From: a candidate division WOR-3 bacterium
Lineage (GTDB): Bacteria > Hydrothermota > Tepidihabitantia > Tepidihabitantales > CAIPLT01
Direction: 5' to 3'
Assembly: GCA_039801505.1 (NCBI GenBank)
Contig: JBDRUV010000001.1
Coordinates: 198,714-262,713, forward strand
DNA length: 64,000 bases
Shown: piece by piece, positions 19,191 through 29,521 of the stretch
How positions within the stretch are numbered: the first letter of the stretch is position 1
Layout of the letters: each line of letters starts with the position of its first letter
The notes under the pieces: generated by a model
Database searches by the model: none
Told to the model about the DNA's origin: nothing
Seen by the model: only the letters and a program-made list of their open reading frames with translations
Position numbers and translations under genes: made by a program

Positions 19191-19798
19191 TTTATCTTTA
19201 TTAAGCGGCCAGTATTTAGCAAGTACCGTTCGGTAATTCCGACCAGATTAATTACTTCCCAATCATGTGTTACTAAAATTCCTGGAATATTTAATTTTTT
19301 GATTACCCCCGCGATGTGGGTAGTTGTATTAGTATCAAGTCCAGAAGTTGGTTCATCATAAAGAATGTAATTCGGCTCTAAAATAACTGCTCGTGCAATT
19401 GCAACTAATTTTTGCTCACCGCCGGACAGGTTGTAACATTTTCTTTTAAGTAAAAATGGAGATAGATTTAGTTTATCTAAAATTTGGTTGAGTTTTGTTA
19501 TTATCTTCTGTTTCGGAAGATGGGTTTTTTCTAATAATGGCAAAGTAATATTTTCTTCTACTGTTAACGAATCAAACAAAGCTGAACTTTGGAATACATA
19601 ACTTAAAACCACCTTATCTGGAACAATTACCGTTCCACTGTCAGGTTTTAATAGGCCGCTTACGATCTTTAATAAAACAGTTTTACCTGACCCTGTGGCT
19701 CCTAAAATTGCAATCAGATGATCTTTAATAATAAGGTTAACATTGTCTAAAATAGTTCTGCTGTCAAATTTCTTAGTAATATTTATTAACCTAATCAT
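19187..19798 (-). CDS. ABC transporter ATP-binding protein (MlaF-like)
   Basis: It has a Walker A (GATGSGKT), an ABC signature (LSGGEQKLVAIARA) and a Walker B (ILYDEP). Confidence 0.75.
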   Translation of the reverse strand: MIRLINITKKFDSRTILDNVNLIIKDHLIAILGATGSGKTVLLKIVSGLLKPDSGTVIVPDKVVLSYVFQSSALFDSLTVEENITLPLLEKTHLPKQKIITKLNQILDKLNLSPFLLKRKCYNLSGGEQKLVAIARAVILEPNYILYDEPTSGLDTNTTTHIAGVIKKLNIPGILVTHDWEVINLVGITERYLLNTGRLIKIN

Positions 19799-19800
19799 AT

Positions 19801-20547
19801 CTAAAAAGATGCCAACGCAACTAAAAAATCCAAAATTAAAATTAGGATTGTTGCTGTAACCACAGCTTTAGTGACTGATTTACCGACTTCTCTAGTTCCG
19901 CCTTCGACCATAAATCCATGGTATAATCCAGAGGTGGCACACCAAAATCCAAAAATCGTTGATTTTATAAAACTAACCCAAAAGATCCGAGGTACAAACG
20001 GATGGGTGAGGCCATAAAAGAACACATCAATATTGGTGTTATACATTAACATGGCATAAATTGCACCAACCATTAAAGTGACAAAAAGCATTACACCATT
20101 TAATATTGGAGCTGCAATTATCGTAGCCAAAAGTCGCGGTTGAGCCAGAAAGTATTTGGGATCAATTTTCATTATTTTGAGCGCATCTAGCTGCTCAGCG
20201 ATTTTCATGCTGCCGATCTCAGCAGTCATAGCCGAGACGGTCCGACCAGTAATTACCAACGCACTTAAAACCGGCGCCAGTTCAATCATTACCATACGAC
20301 CTACGGTAAGTCCTAAAAAATATTTAGGAAGCATACCAGAGATTTGATAATGGGTTTGAATAGTAATTACTAATCCTAAAAACACCGAACTAATAAATAT
20401 TAATGGTAATGATTCAACTCCGATTTCGTATAAATAATCAACAAACCGCTCAATAGTTCTTTTAGGTTTTCCTGGTGCCCAAATTACTAAAAACGGAAAC
20501 TTAATAAAATTTAAAATTTCAGTTACAATTTTCATTACGCCACTCAT
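19801..20547 (-). CDS. mlaE: ABC transporter permease MlaE family
   Basis: A 248-aa polytopic permease with MlaE-like conserved stretches (...LPLIFISSVFLGLVITIQT...). It lies directly upstream of the ATPase gene. Confidence 0.75.
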   Translation of the reverse strand: MSGVMKIVTEILNFIKFPFLVIWAPGKPKRTIERFVDYLYEIGVESLPLIFISSVFLGLVITIQTHYQISGMLPKYFLGLTVGRMVMIELAPVLSALVITGRTVSAMTAEIGSMKIAEQLDALKIMKIDPKYFLAQPRLLATIIAAPILNGVMLFVTLMVGAIYAMLMYNTNIDVFFYGLTHPFVPRIFWVSFIKSTIFGFWCATSGLYHGFMVEGGTREVGKSVTKAVVTATILILILDFLVALASF

Positions 20548-21352
20548 CTTGAAACACTATCCATTGGGTTGGGTACTTTTTTATATACAAACCTAGCTGG
20601 CTAGCAATTAATTGATGGAGTTTGATGATATCAATATTTTGGGAATAGTTAAGCGGTTCTGCTAAAGCTTCAAAATAATTGCCTTCTTTGGTATAAACGA
20701 AGTAACCTAAAAGTAACGGCAGATTAAATTTTTTGGCCATATAGGCTGGGCCTAATGGTAATTTTTTTCGACCATTTAAAAAAGGAGTCTCAAGACCAGT
20801 ACCAGTGACATCTCGATCTCCCAAAAGCACTATTATTTTTCGATTTTTAATTGCTTTTATAATTTTTCTTGTTTCAGAAGTTAAAATCGTTTCCATTCCT
20901 GTCTTTTCTCTCAGTTCATTTAGAAATTTTACTGGTTTCCCAACATCTTCAACAACAGCACAAAGCGGATACCCCAAAGCACCTAAATATATTCCAGCCA
21001 ACTCCCAATTTCCCAAATGCCCAGTGACTAAGATGCCAGCAGTTTGATTTTTTACTAAATTATCTAGATGATGCAAACCACGAATTTGAACTCGGGAATG
21101 TAGATGGGAGAAGTTTAGTTTTTTAATAGCGAAAAAATCGATTAGAAACAAAATGTAATAGAAGAAAACTTCTCGGACTTTAGCCTGGGTTATTTCTTCA
21201 CCTGTATAATAGAGATTTTTTTTGACGACTTTTTTAGGCCCCCAAAGCCAGGGATAACATATTAGAATCAATGCTTTACTAATAATGATTAACCAAAACC
21301 GCGGCACCAAAAGAGCGATCATTTGTAGTATACGATTAATTATTATTCGCAC
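20519..21352 (-). CDS. Lysophospholipid/lipid A acyltransferase (LpxL/HtrB family)
   Basis: It has an N-terminal membrane anchor and an acyltransferase HX4D-type region (...ILVTGHLGNWE...), and sits next to the mla genes. Confidence 0.6.
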   Translation of the reverse strand: MRIIINRILQMIALLVPRFWLIIISKALILICYPWLWGPKKVVKKNLYYTGEEITQAKVREVFFYYILFLIDFFAIKKLNFSHLHSRVQIRGLHHLDNLVKNQTAGILVTGHLGNWELAGIYLGALGYPLCAVVEDVGKPVKFLNELREKTGMETILTSETRKIIKAIKNRKIIVLLGDRDVTGTGLETPFLNGRKKLPLGPAYMAKKFNLPLLLGYFVYTKEGNYFEALAEPLNYSQNIDIIKLHQLIASQLGLYIKKYPTQWIVFQDEWRNENCN

Positions 21353-21372
21353 GTCGAAAGAATATTATTGGC

Positions 21373-23193
21373 TTAGAATAAAAAGTCAAGTGGCTTTTCT
21401 AGGGTTTCTTTAATTCTCTTTGCCAAATCCTCCGTAAATCCTTTAAGGGCACTTATTTCAGTTATTGAAGCTTCTCTTATTTTATCGATAGATCCAAAAT
21501 GGGCTAATAACTGGGCCTTACGTTTTTTCCCGATGCCTTTGATATTATCGAGCACTGATTGTGCTAAAGCTTTCGAGCGCAATTTTTTATGGTATCGAAT
21601 TGCAAACCGGTGAGCTTCGTTTCGAATTTGTTTTAATAATTTAAGTGCTGGTGAATATGCTGGGATGGAAACTATACAACCATTCGATGTGTAAAGGGTA
21701 TCGGTACGCTTGGCGAAAGCTAAGAGGGCAGGTGGCGTCTTAAGCCGCGAATAAACTTTTTCGGCAACCGAAAGTTGTCCCTTACCGCCATCAATAAGTA
21801 CGAGATCGGGAAGCGGGATACTTTCAGCTAGTTGTCTTTGGAGCCGGCGCGTTAAAACTTCTTCTAGCATCGCATAATCATTAGGGCCTAAAACGGTACG
21901 AACCCGAAACATTCGATAGGATTTCTTGTCGGCACGGGCGTGCCGAAACACCACTATTGAACCGGTGGCATATTCTCCGGTAATATTTGAAATATCAACG
22001 CCTTCAATTGTTTCTGGGGTTCTCGGAAGGTTAAGATACTTTTGTAATTCTAGTAATACTTGGGGCACTTTAGGACGCGGTACAAGTTCACAAAGACCTA
22101 CTGAGGCATTGGTATTGGCTAACTTTACAAGTCGGACTTTAAGTCCGTGTTTTGGTACATATATTTTTACCTTCTTCTGGCGATGTTTTAAAAACCACTG
22201 CGTAAAGACTTCGCGGGTGGGGATTTCGGCGGGCAATAAAATTTCATCCGGGATATCATAAGTGTGAAGATAAATGGTTCGGAGAAGGCTTTCTAATATT
22301 TCTTGAGTTTCGGATTCTTTACTAAACACAAACGGGTAGTTTTCTTTTCCAATAATTTTTCCTTCCCGAATCTTTATTAAAGTAATTAAAGCATAAGATT
22401 GCGCGCGTCCTTGCGGATGGTCGGCACGGGCGATACCGAAAATATCCCGGGCAATAATATCAGTGAATACGGCCTCTTGTTTTTTAACGATATCGCGAAG
22501 TGCAAAAAGTTCATCGCGATATAAAGCCGCAGTTTCAAAATCTTCTCTTTCTGCAGCCTTACGCATCTTAGTTTCTAATTCATCTTCAAGTTCGGTTGAT
22601 TTACCTCGGAGAAACGCTACGACACGGCTGATTCGTTCTTTGTATAATTCTTCTGAAATGTTTCCTTGGCAAGGGGCCAGGCATCGTTTCATTAAATAGT
22701 TAAGACAAGGTCGCTCTGGTTTTGTGAGCGGCAGCTTCTTTTTACAGGTGCGGATCTTAAAAATCCGCTGTAAGGTTTTTACAGCCCGACGAAGATTTTT
22801 AGCACTGGTATATGGACCGAAAAGCATCGAACCATCATTTTTTAAATTTCGAGTTGGAAAAATTCGCGGGAAATTCTCGTTAATTGTGATCTTCAGGTAA
22901 GGAAATTTCTTGTCATCTTTAAGGCGGATATTAAACTTCGGTTTATTTAGTTTAATTAGACTATCTTCTAAAATTAGGGCCTCAACTTCGGATTCGGTCT
23001 CGATAAATTCAAAATCAGCAATACTTCTTACTAGGGCGCTTCTTTGCGGATAAGCCTCTTCTTGAGTATAACTGCGTAGTCGCTCTCGGAGATTGGCGGA
23101 CTTGCCGATATAAATAATTTTTCCGCGTTTGTCTTTTAATAAATAGACACCAGGGGAATTAGGAACGGTATTTAACTGTTCGGCACGTAACAC
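21373..23193 (-). CDS. uvrC: Excinuclease ABC subunit C
   Basis: 606 aa. It has an N-terminal GIY-YIG domain (PGVYLLKDKRGKIIYIGKSANLRERL), a UvrBC-interaction region, and an RNase H-like plus HhH C-terminus. Confidence 0.92.
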   Translation of the reverse strand: MLRAEQLNTVPNSPGVYLLKDKRGKIIYIGKSANLRERLRSYTQEEAYPQRSALVRSIADFEFIETESEVEALILEDSLIKLNKPKFNIRLKDDKKFPYLKITINENFPRIFPTRNLKNDGSMLFGPYTSAKNLRRAVKTLQRIFKIRTCKKKLPLTKPERPCLNYLMKRCLAPCQGNISEELYKERISRVVAFLRGKSTELEDELETKMRKAAEREDFETAALYRDELFALRDIVKKQEAVFTDIIARDIFGIARADHPQGRAQSYALITLIKIREGKIIGKENYPFVFSKESETQEILESLLRTIYLHTYDIPDEILLPAEIPTREVFTQWFLKHRQKKVKIYVPKHGLKVRLVKLANTNASVGLCELVPRPKVPQVLLELQKYLNLPRTPETIEGVDISNITGEYATGSIVVFRHARADKKSYRMFRVRTVLGPNDYAMLEEVLTRRLQRQLAESIPLPDLVLIDGGKGQLSVAEKVYSRLKTPPALLAFAKRTDTLYTSNGCIVSIPAYSPALKLLKQIRNEAHRFAIRYHKKLRSKALAQSVLDNIKGIGKKRKAQLLAHFGSIDKIREASITEISALKGFTEDLAKRIKETLEKPLDFLF

Positions 23194-23220
23194 AGATTAT
23201 CTTGGTTGGATAAAAGTATT

Positions 23221-24681
23221 TTAACCTTTTACGACACCTAAGGGTCGCATCTTGGCGACTTTTTTAGAGATACCAGCCTTATGGCAGACATCGACAACAA
23301 TATCAACATCTTTATAGGCATCCGGTACTTCTTCGCGCAATACCTCTTTTGAGGCCGCCATTACTAATATTCCTTGAGAACGCAGTTCGCGGGCAATATC
23401 CCGGTTGCGCGTTTCATCTAGGGCTTTGGTCCGCGACCAAACTCGTCCGGCACCATGGCAGGTCGATCCAAAGGTTTCCTCGAAGGCCTGTTGAGTTCCC
23501 AACAGGAGATAAGAATTACTGCCCATATCGCCTGGAATAATTACCGGTTGACCCAAGGGTTTATATTTTTCAGGTAGGGCGGGATGACCTGGGGGAAAGG
23601 CTCGAGTAGCGCCTTTACGGTGCACGCAGACTAATTTCTTTTGGCCATCGATAATATGTTCTTCAAACTTTGCAATATTATGTGCCACATCGTAGATTAG
23701 CTCCAACCCCAGTTCTTCCTGGGATTTTCCAAGCACCTGACTAAATGCCTCTCGTACCCAGTGTGTAATACACTGGCGATTAGCCCAGGCATAATTAGCT
23801 GCACACACCATCGCAGCGTAATACGCCTTACCTTCCGGGGAGTTTATTGGCGCACAAGCCAGCTGCCGGTCCGGCAAAGAGATACCATACTTTTGAACTG
23901 CTTTACCTAAATCTCGAACATTATCATCACAAATTTGATAACCTAAGCCCCGAGAGCCGGTATGAACCATCACGGTAATCATTCCTTTTTCTAGCCGGAA
24001 AACCTTGGCCGCAGCTTCATCGTAGATCTCTACAACCTCTTGAATTTCTAAAAAGTGATTACCGGCCCCCAAAGTGCCCAGTTGCGGCGCACCCCGTTCT
24101 AGGGCCCGCCGGGATATTTTTGAAGGATCAGCGCCACGCATTCGGCCATGTTCTTCAGTGTATTCTAAATCTTCTTTGGTGCCATAGCCTTTCTCATAGG
24201 CCCATTCGGCACCTTTGATTAAGACTTCTTTGACTTCTTCTTCAGAAATTCTAATCTTACCTTGCGAACCAACACCTGAGGGTACATTATGAAAGATCGC
24301 CCTAACCAGTTTTTCTAAGATATCTTGGTTAATATCTTTACGATAAAGGTTAGTGCGTAATAATCTTACCCCGCAATTAATGTCATAACCAACTCCACCC
24401 GGAGAGATCACTCCAGTCTCGGTATCAAATCCAGCAACTCCGCCAATCGGAAAGCCATACCCCCAATGGACATCAGGCATCGCCATCGAGGCCTTAAGAA
24501 TTCCGGGCATGGTCGCGACATTAGCCACCTGTTCCGGCGCCATATCTTCTTTGACTTTATCGAGCAGCCGGGAATCCACATAGATTATACCATCGACCCG
24601 CATTTGGGCCTTATAACTCTTGGGTATTTTGTACCGACACTCGTCAATCTTTTCTAAAGGTCCACGCCAACCATTCGCCAT
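23221..24681 (-). CDS. rtcB: RNA-splicing ligase RtcB
   Basis: 486 aa with RtcB metal/GTP-binding motifs (...GAGNHFLEIQ..., ...HRKGATRAF..., ...GSTCHGAGR...). Confidence 0.9.
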   Translation of the reverse strand: MANGWRGPLEKIDECRYKIPKSYKAQMRVDGIIYVDSRLLDKVKEDMAPEQVANVATMPGILKASMAMPDVHWGYGFPIGGVAGFDTETGVISPGGVGYDINCGVRLLRTNLYRKDINQDILEKLVRAIFHNVPSGVGSQGKIRISEEEVKEVLIKGAEWAYEKGYGTKEDLEYTEEHGRMRGADPSKISRRALERGAPQLGTLGAGNHFLEIQEVVEIYDEAAAKVFRLEKGMITVMVHTGSRGLGYQICDDNVRDLGKAVQKYGISLPDRQLACAPINSPEGKAYYAAMVCAANYAWANRQCITHWVREAFSQVLGKSQEELGLELIYDVAHNIAKFEEHIIDGQKKLVCVHRKGATRAFPPGHPALPEKYKPLGQPVIIPGDMGSNSYLLLGTQQAFEETFGSTCHGAGRVWSRTKALDETRNRDIARELRSQGILVMAASKEVLREEVPDAYKDVDIVVDVCHKAGISKKVAKMRPLGVVKG

Positions 24682-24687
24682 AGATAA

Positions 24688-24716
24688 ATTATAAACTGAG
24701 ATTAATTATGTGTCAA
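24688..24716 (-). promoter_or_regulatory. rtcB promoter (-35 TTGACA at 24716..24711, 17-nt spacer, -10 TATAAT at 24693..24688). The ATG at 24681 makes this a leaderless start.
   Basis: Read on the minus strand. Confidence 0.5.
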
Positions 24717-24920
24717 TAAAGAACTTGATACAAGAGTTCTTGGGGTTATTAGAAATAAACGCCGAGTTAGGAGTAAACTCAATTCTTCAGGCATGTTGAA
24801 TTTTTAGGTCCTGTGTCACAAATTCTTTAAGATATAATTTCTGGGGTTTTAATAATTAGGAGCTTTTTAGGTATCGAAGATTAGAGCTTATAATCTGTTA
24901 AATAACCTATATAAGCCGTA

Positions 24921-24950
24921 TCCCGGACCGTATGGGCACTGTGCCCCCCG
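24921..24950. repeat. GC-rich intergenic repeat, copy 3 (TCCCGGACCGTATGGGCACTGTGCCCCCCG)
   Basis: Same family. It lies upstream of rtcB. Confidence 0.55.
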
Positions 24951-25099
24951 AGGTAGGCATTTCGTTCTTAAGTTTCTATTTTTTTCTTATTACCCTTTTG
25001 ACAAGAACTCTTATATATTATCTTCGAGGTTCGGTTAATCATTCTATATATTTAAGATGCCCAAAAAGGTCAATTTGGGGAAAGATTATTAAGAAAATT

Positions 25100-28018
25100 T
25101 TATTTCCTAAAAATAACGGTTTTCTTAGTTAGGCTTATGGGGTGATTTTGATATTTTATATAGTATATGCCAGCGGGTAAAGACCAAGTCGGTAGGGTAA
25201 GTTCATAAATACCAGGTATTTGTTCATTTGCTAGTAAGGTTTGGAGTTTACCACCTAAGGCGTTATATAATTCTAGTAAAACCTTTCCCGGGTGTAATAC
25301 CTGATAGCGAATTTTAAGTTCTTTTTCAGATGCTAAAAAGTTTATTTTTAAGACATTTAAGAGTCGAGCTGTTAATATACTATCCTTGATTCCCGAAACA
25401 CTATGGCCACCGGCCAAGGCGATTAATCGGCCGATATTGGTAATGCTATGACCCTGCGTGCCCACTAAAATATCGGGATAGCCATCAAAACTAACATCAG
25501 CAATTGAGCGCACGGTATTTATTAAGAGTCCAGCATTATACTGCCAAAGAAGACTTCCAGAACTGCCGGAAAGACAATACACGATGCCGGATTGCGTGCC
25601 TATGACAATGTCTGGTTTGGCGTCGTTATCTAAATCGCCGACACTATCAACACTCCAGATATTGCCGCCGGTCGGATAACTCCAATAAATATTGCCGTTG
25701 GCGCTATTTAGGACATTAAAACTTGTTACATTCATTACATTAGCGACTGCAATGCCCGGCCGATTTTGGGAAATAAGATCTCGGATTGGCATTAATTTTA
25801 CCACCAGACCACCAACATTAGTTGCCCACAAAAGCCCACCATTAGCCCCTGAAAGACAGCGCACATACCCGTCCCATGAACCCGCGGCCACTTCCCATTT
25901 ACCATCACCATTTATGTCGGGAATTGCAATTACGGCCTGGACATCGCCATTGCATTGATATTGCCAAATTGGATTTGTCACCATGCCGGTTGATGCGCCA
26001 CTGATACAAAATACTCGCTTATCATAACTATTGCCCCACGCCCCGGCGATTACATCAGGCACACCGTCGTTATTAACATCCGGAATCCAATTAACACAAC
26101 CGATGGCATCTAAAGCTCGAAATTGCCAGATTACACCACCCGTAGCTCCATTAAAACAATACACACTTCTTGGTCCACCACCGGCCGTCTGATTACCGCT
26201 GACCCCGGCTAACACTTCACCAATGCCATCGCCAGTAATATCAGGCATCGCTTTTACCGAGTAGACCCAACCACCTTCACCATCATATGCTCGAGTATCA
26301 TAAAACCAGATAATATTTCCATTTCGACCGTTTAGCACATACACCTTTCGATCGCCCCAGGCCGTACCTAAAATAATATCTCGAATCCCATCGCGGTTGT
26401 AATCATCTCCTAATGTTAAACAGTCATCACCCCAGGCGCCGGTAAAATCTGAGCTACCAACTTGCCAGATAGTAACACCGGTGCCCGAGCTATTAGCCCA
26501 AAAGCTCCGCAGATGCTTTCGGCCGTACATTTCAGTCCCATAGGCTTCAGCACAGACATCTAGGATGCCGTCGTTATTTATATCATCGATTTGAGCCACA
26601 CAAATTACGTCATCCTCAAACTCATAATCCCACAACACCTCGCCTCCAGCACTTACTATGTTAGATATGCCGATAGCTTCAAGTAGAATACTAGTTGGTG
26701 AAGTGGGACTATTAGAATAAATTCGTAATTCACCCTGATAATTACCAAGACTAGCTGGCCGGGTGATTATTTGAACATAACATGTTTCAAGACAAGTTAG
26801 AGACCGGGGTAAGGTAAGTCCAAAGTAAAAGAAACGGGTATTGCTAAAACATAATGAATCAATTTGGAGCACTTGATAACCCTGATTAACTATTCGCAAA
26901 TAAAAATCCTTAACACAATTCAATCGAACATTTCCATAATTGTATGTGGTAAAATTTACGGCCAGCGTTGGAGCTAAATATACTCCCCGACCGCTCAGGG
27001 TTACGTACACTGTTTCACGCACTGGGTCATTACTTATTATCCCTAAGTTGCCTACATAATCACCAAATTGAGTGGGCGAAAATGTTACATTAAGAATTGT
27101 GCTTTGAGAAGGTAATATTCGTAAAGGAAATGTTGTATATGCATAGCTAAAAGCCGGATTGGTGGAAAATATGGTATCAACTGTTAAGGTATCAGTCCCA
27201 ATATTATTTATTGTCACATTAAAGCTGCTGGTGCTACCAATTGGTACATTTGAGAAATTATAACTAGTTGGCGAAACCGAAATTACCGGTGTGCCACCAC
27301 CCGTTAAGTTTATTTGATATAGTACTTTGCCGGTTGGTGAAGTGCCATTGGCCAACACCCAAAGATATCTGCCATCCCAAGCTAACCCAAAAGGTCTTGT
27401 TCCCGGAGAATTTATTGAATCGACAATAATTTTTTGGATGACATCGATCTTATATACTCGATGTCCGCCGCCGTAGTTGCCGTCATTACATAACCAAAGA
27501 TAATTACCATCCCAGGTAGCACCCCAGATCTGGGGAAGATTTGGTAGTTCGATACTGTCTAACGCATTGCCGGTAGATTTATTTATTTTATATACCCGAC
27601 CATCTGGATTATAATACACTCCATGCCACAAAGCATCTCCATCATTAGCCAGACCAGCCATATATTCTCTTTGTGCCTTTATTGCCTGGCGGCGTAGCCC
27701 GGTTATAGTGTCAATAAACCATATTGAGTCTGTGCCAGGAAAATGATCAGCCACCCAAAGTCCACCACCCAATATGGTATCAAAAGCTAATCCGTAGCAA
27801 TCAGCGTAGTTGCGCCAGAAGATCCGTCTTAGGATAGTGCCATCTTCGGGATTTACCTTATATATTGTATCACCATTAGTTCCATAAGCCCCGCACCAAA
27901 GTGCTCGACCATCCCAACACAGGCCAGAGGCGTTTCTTGGTGCGGGAACGGCATGAATAACACTTTGAGCAAATATTATTGAGAAGCTTACAAAGAGGGT
28001 TATAATTAGTCTGAGCAC
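25100..28018 (-). CDS. Large secreted beta-propeller/FG-GAP repeat protein with a Por/T9SS-type C-terminal sorting domain
   Basis: 972 aa with a signal peptide. The N-terminal blades repeat a GxxWDGxxLW motif. A central Ig-like (choice-of-anchor/ASH-like) region is present. There are at least 7 FG-GAP/VCBS-like calcium-binding repeats (DINNDGILDV, DITGDGIGEV, DVNNDGVPDV...). The C-terminal ~80 aa resemble a T9SS CTD (...GIYYIKYQNHPISLTKKTVIFRK). Confidence 0.6.
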   Translation of the reverse strand: MLRLIITLFVSFSIIFAQSVIHAVPAPRNASGLCWDGRALWCGAYGTNGDTIYKVNPEDGTILRRIFWRNYADCYGLAFDTILGGGLWVADHFPGTDSIWFIDTITGLRRQAIKAQREYMAGLANDGDALWHGVYYNPDGRVYKINKSTGNALDSIELPNLPQIWGATWDGNYLWLCNDGNYGGGHRVYKIDVIQKIIVDSINSPGTRPFGLAWDGRYLWVLANGTSPTGKVLYQINLTGGGTPVISVSPTSYNFSNVPIGSTSSFNVTINNIGTDTLTVDTIFSTNPAFSYAYTTFPLRILPSQSTILNVTFSPTQFGDYVGNLGIISNDPVRETVYVTLSGRGVYLAPTLAVNFTTYNYGNVRLNCVKDFYLRIVNQGYQVLQIDSLCFSNTRFFYFGLTLPRSLTCLETCYVQIITRPASLGNYQGELRIYSNSPTSPTSILLEAIGISNIVSAGGEVLWDYEFEDDVICVAQIDDINNDGILDVCAEAYGTEMYGRKHLRSFWANSSGTGVTIWQVGSSDFTGAWGDDCLTLGDDYNRDGIRDIILGTAWGDRKVYVLNGRNGNIIWFYDTRAYDGEGGWVYSVKAMPDITGDGIGEVLAGVSGNQTAGGGPRSVYCFNGATGGVIWQFRALDAIGCVNWIPDVNNDGVPDVIAGAWGNSYDKRVFCISGASTGMVTNPIWQYQCNGDVQAVIAIPDINGDGKWEVAAGSWDGYVRCLSGANGGLLWATNVGGLVVKLMPIRDLISQNRPGIAVANVMNVTSFNVLNSANGNIYWSYPTGGNIWSVDSVGDLDNDAKPDIVIGTQSGIVYCLSGSSGSLLWQYNAGLLINTVRSIADVSFDGYPDILVGTQGHSITNIGRLIALAGGHSVSGIKDSILTARLLNVLKINFLASEKELKIRYQVLHPGKVLLELYNALGGKLQTLLANEQIPGIYELTLPTWSLPAGIYYIKYQNHPISLTKKTVIFRK

Positions 28019-28278
28019 TTTGCCTGATTGTTGCTTTTATCTTTTTTACAACAGCGATACCGATAACCACCCTTTATGCCGGAAAGAATTCCGATAATAA
28101 TTGCAACTTTTAAAGCTCCAAGCCAAGACAGTTCTCGAACAATAAAACCATTTTCCACTGCCTTAGGAAAAAGTTCCGGCACAATCCAACTCCATAAGAC
28201 TTTTATTAAGAAAAGCGAAACGACAAAGCCAATAACTGCTGCTAAAATCACCCCGATGATTATTTTAGTAGTTTTCAT
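28006..28278 (-). CDS. Small two-TM membrane protein (hypothetical)
   Basis: 90 aa with two hydrophobic helices. It is translationally coupled between the PDZ gene and the propeller gene. Confidence 0.4.
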   Translation of the reverse strand: MKTTKIIIGVILAAVIGFVVSLFLIKVLWSWIVPELFPKAVENGFIVRELSWLGALKVAIIIGILSGIKGGYRYRCCKKDKSNNQAKCSD

Positions 28279-28303
28279 TGATTGTTCCCAGTTTATTTAT
28301 ATT

Positions 28304-29380
28304 TTATCGGCGACTAGGCCGGTCAAATCCACCAAATAGGATATTGAGGGATACATAGAGTCCTTTAAGCGTAAAGTCCGGCCCATTAATCCGACCATAA
28401 TCTTCATGTTCCCAGGAGCTTGAAAGTGCTGAATAGAGATAACCGGTTTTTAAGGAAAGCCCACTGAATTTTAATGGTATATCAATACCTAGTCCTGGAT
28501 ATAAAATCATACCTCCTTTGGAAACCTTACTAGAGCCAAAGGTGCTATATGTACCTAAGATATCATCAAGAGTGGATGGCCGATTGTAAAGTGGGGTAAT
28601 CTTTAATGTTATACCGCCACCGCCGATTCCCAAAAGCGGCGTCACAAGTAATCTTTTAGTATAAATTATACAGTAGCCAAGTTCAAAAAATCCAAAACCA
28701 AGCTGTGCCTCGACATCTAATTGATTATTACTAATACTTTGGACACCACCGGCACCATAACCACCTATTCGCACTCGACCCACTTGACCATAGCCACCCC
28801 CGCCGAACACAAAATGATTACGCTTAAGAGCCGGTAAGAAATTACGGTTAAATAGGTTGTTAAGTGCGCTATAGTTAATAAGGCCCAGTCCCGGACCAAA
28901 GTATCCTGCACCACCGCCTTGAATTTCAAATTTAACTTCTTTGCGGAGCTTTTTCGAAGGACTTTTAGGCACCGGCGCCAATTTGACTTTTATAATATCC
29001 TCACCCCCTTCTTTTCTAAGAACTTTTAATTCTATTTCATCACCAGGTCGGGTCTGCTGCATAAACTTTCTAAGTTCCTCGGGCAATAAAAGTTTCTCGC
29101 CATTAATTTCTAAGATGATATCTCCAGGTTTAAGGCCAGCAAACTCAGCTGGACTTTCTGGCACTACCTCTGTGATTTCAAGACCATTTTCAGCTTCTTC
29201 CGTTATTACCCCTAAAAATCCTCGCTCTATTGCTTCAGGTGCAATGAACACTTTCTTTTCAATTATTCGTTCTTCCTTTTCTGGACAGGTGCCTTGTCCT
29301 GGACAACCAGGACAGCTTTGGGCATTGAGAATGCCAATAGCTAAAAAGGTTATTAAACTTACTATTACAACACGGTTCAT
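28304..29380 (-). CDS. PDZ domain-containing secreted protein with a glycine-rich C-terminal region
   Basis: It has a signal peptide, a CPGCPGQGTCP motif, a PDZ domain (...GLKPGDIILEINGEKL...), and then a Gly-rich beta-rich domain. A GGAGG SD lies 6 nt upstream of the ATG. Confidence 0.55.
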   Translation of the reverse strand: MNRVVIVSLITFLAIGILNAQSCPGCPGQGTCPEKEERIIEKKVFIAPEAIERGFLGVITEEAENGLEITEVVPESPAEFAGLKPGDIILEINGEKLLLPEELRKFMQQTRPGDEIELKVLRKEGGEDIIKVKLAPVPKSPSKKLRKEVKFEIQGGGAGYFGPGLGLINYSALNNLFNRNFLPALKRNHFVFGGGGYGQVGRVRIGGYGAGGVQSISNNQLDVEAQLGFGFFELGYCIIYTKRLLVTPLLGIGGGGITLKITPLYNRPSTLDDILGTYSTFGSSKVSKGGMILYPGLGIDIPLKFSGLSLKTGYLYSALSSSWEHEDYGRINGPDFTLKGLYVSLNILFGGFDRPSRR

Positions 29381-29521
29381 AATTTACCTCCATATTCGTG
29401 AAGTCTGTTTTAAACTCACCTGATAAATATACTCCAACGGTTTAATTTTGTCAACATCTCATAAAACCACGTAGACCTTGACAAACATATTGTTTGTGGT
29501 ATTGTTAATAATGGAGGAAAA

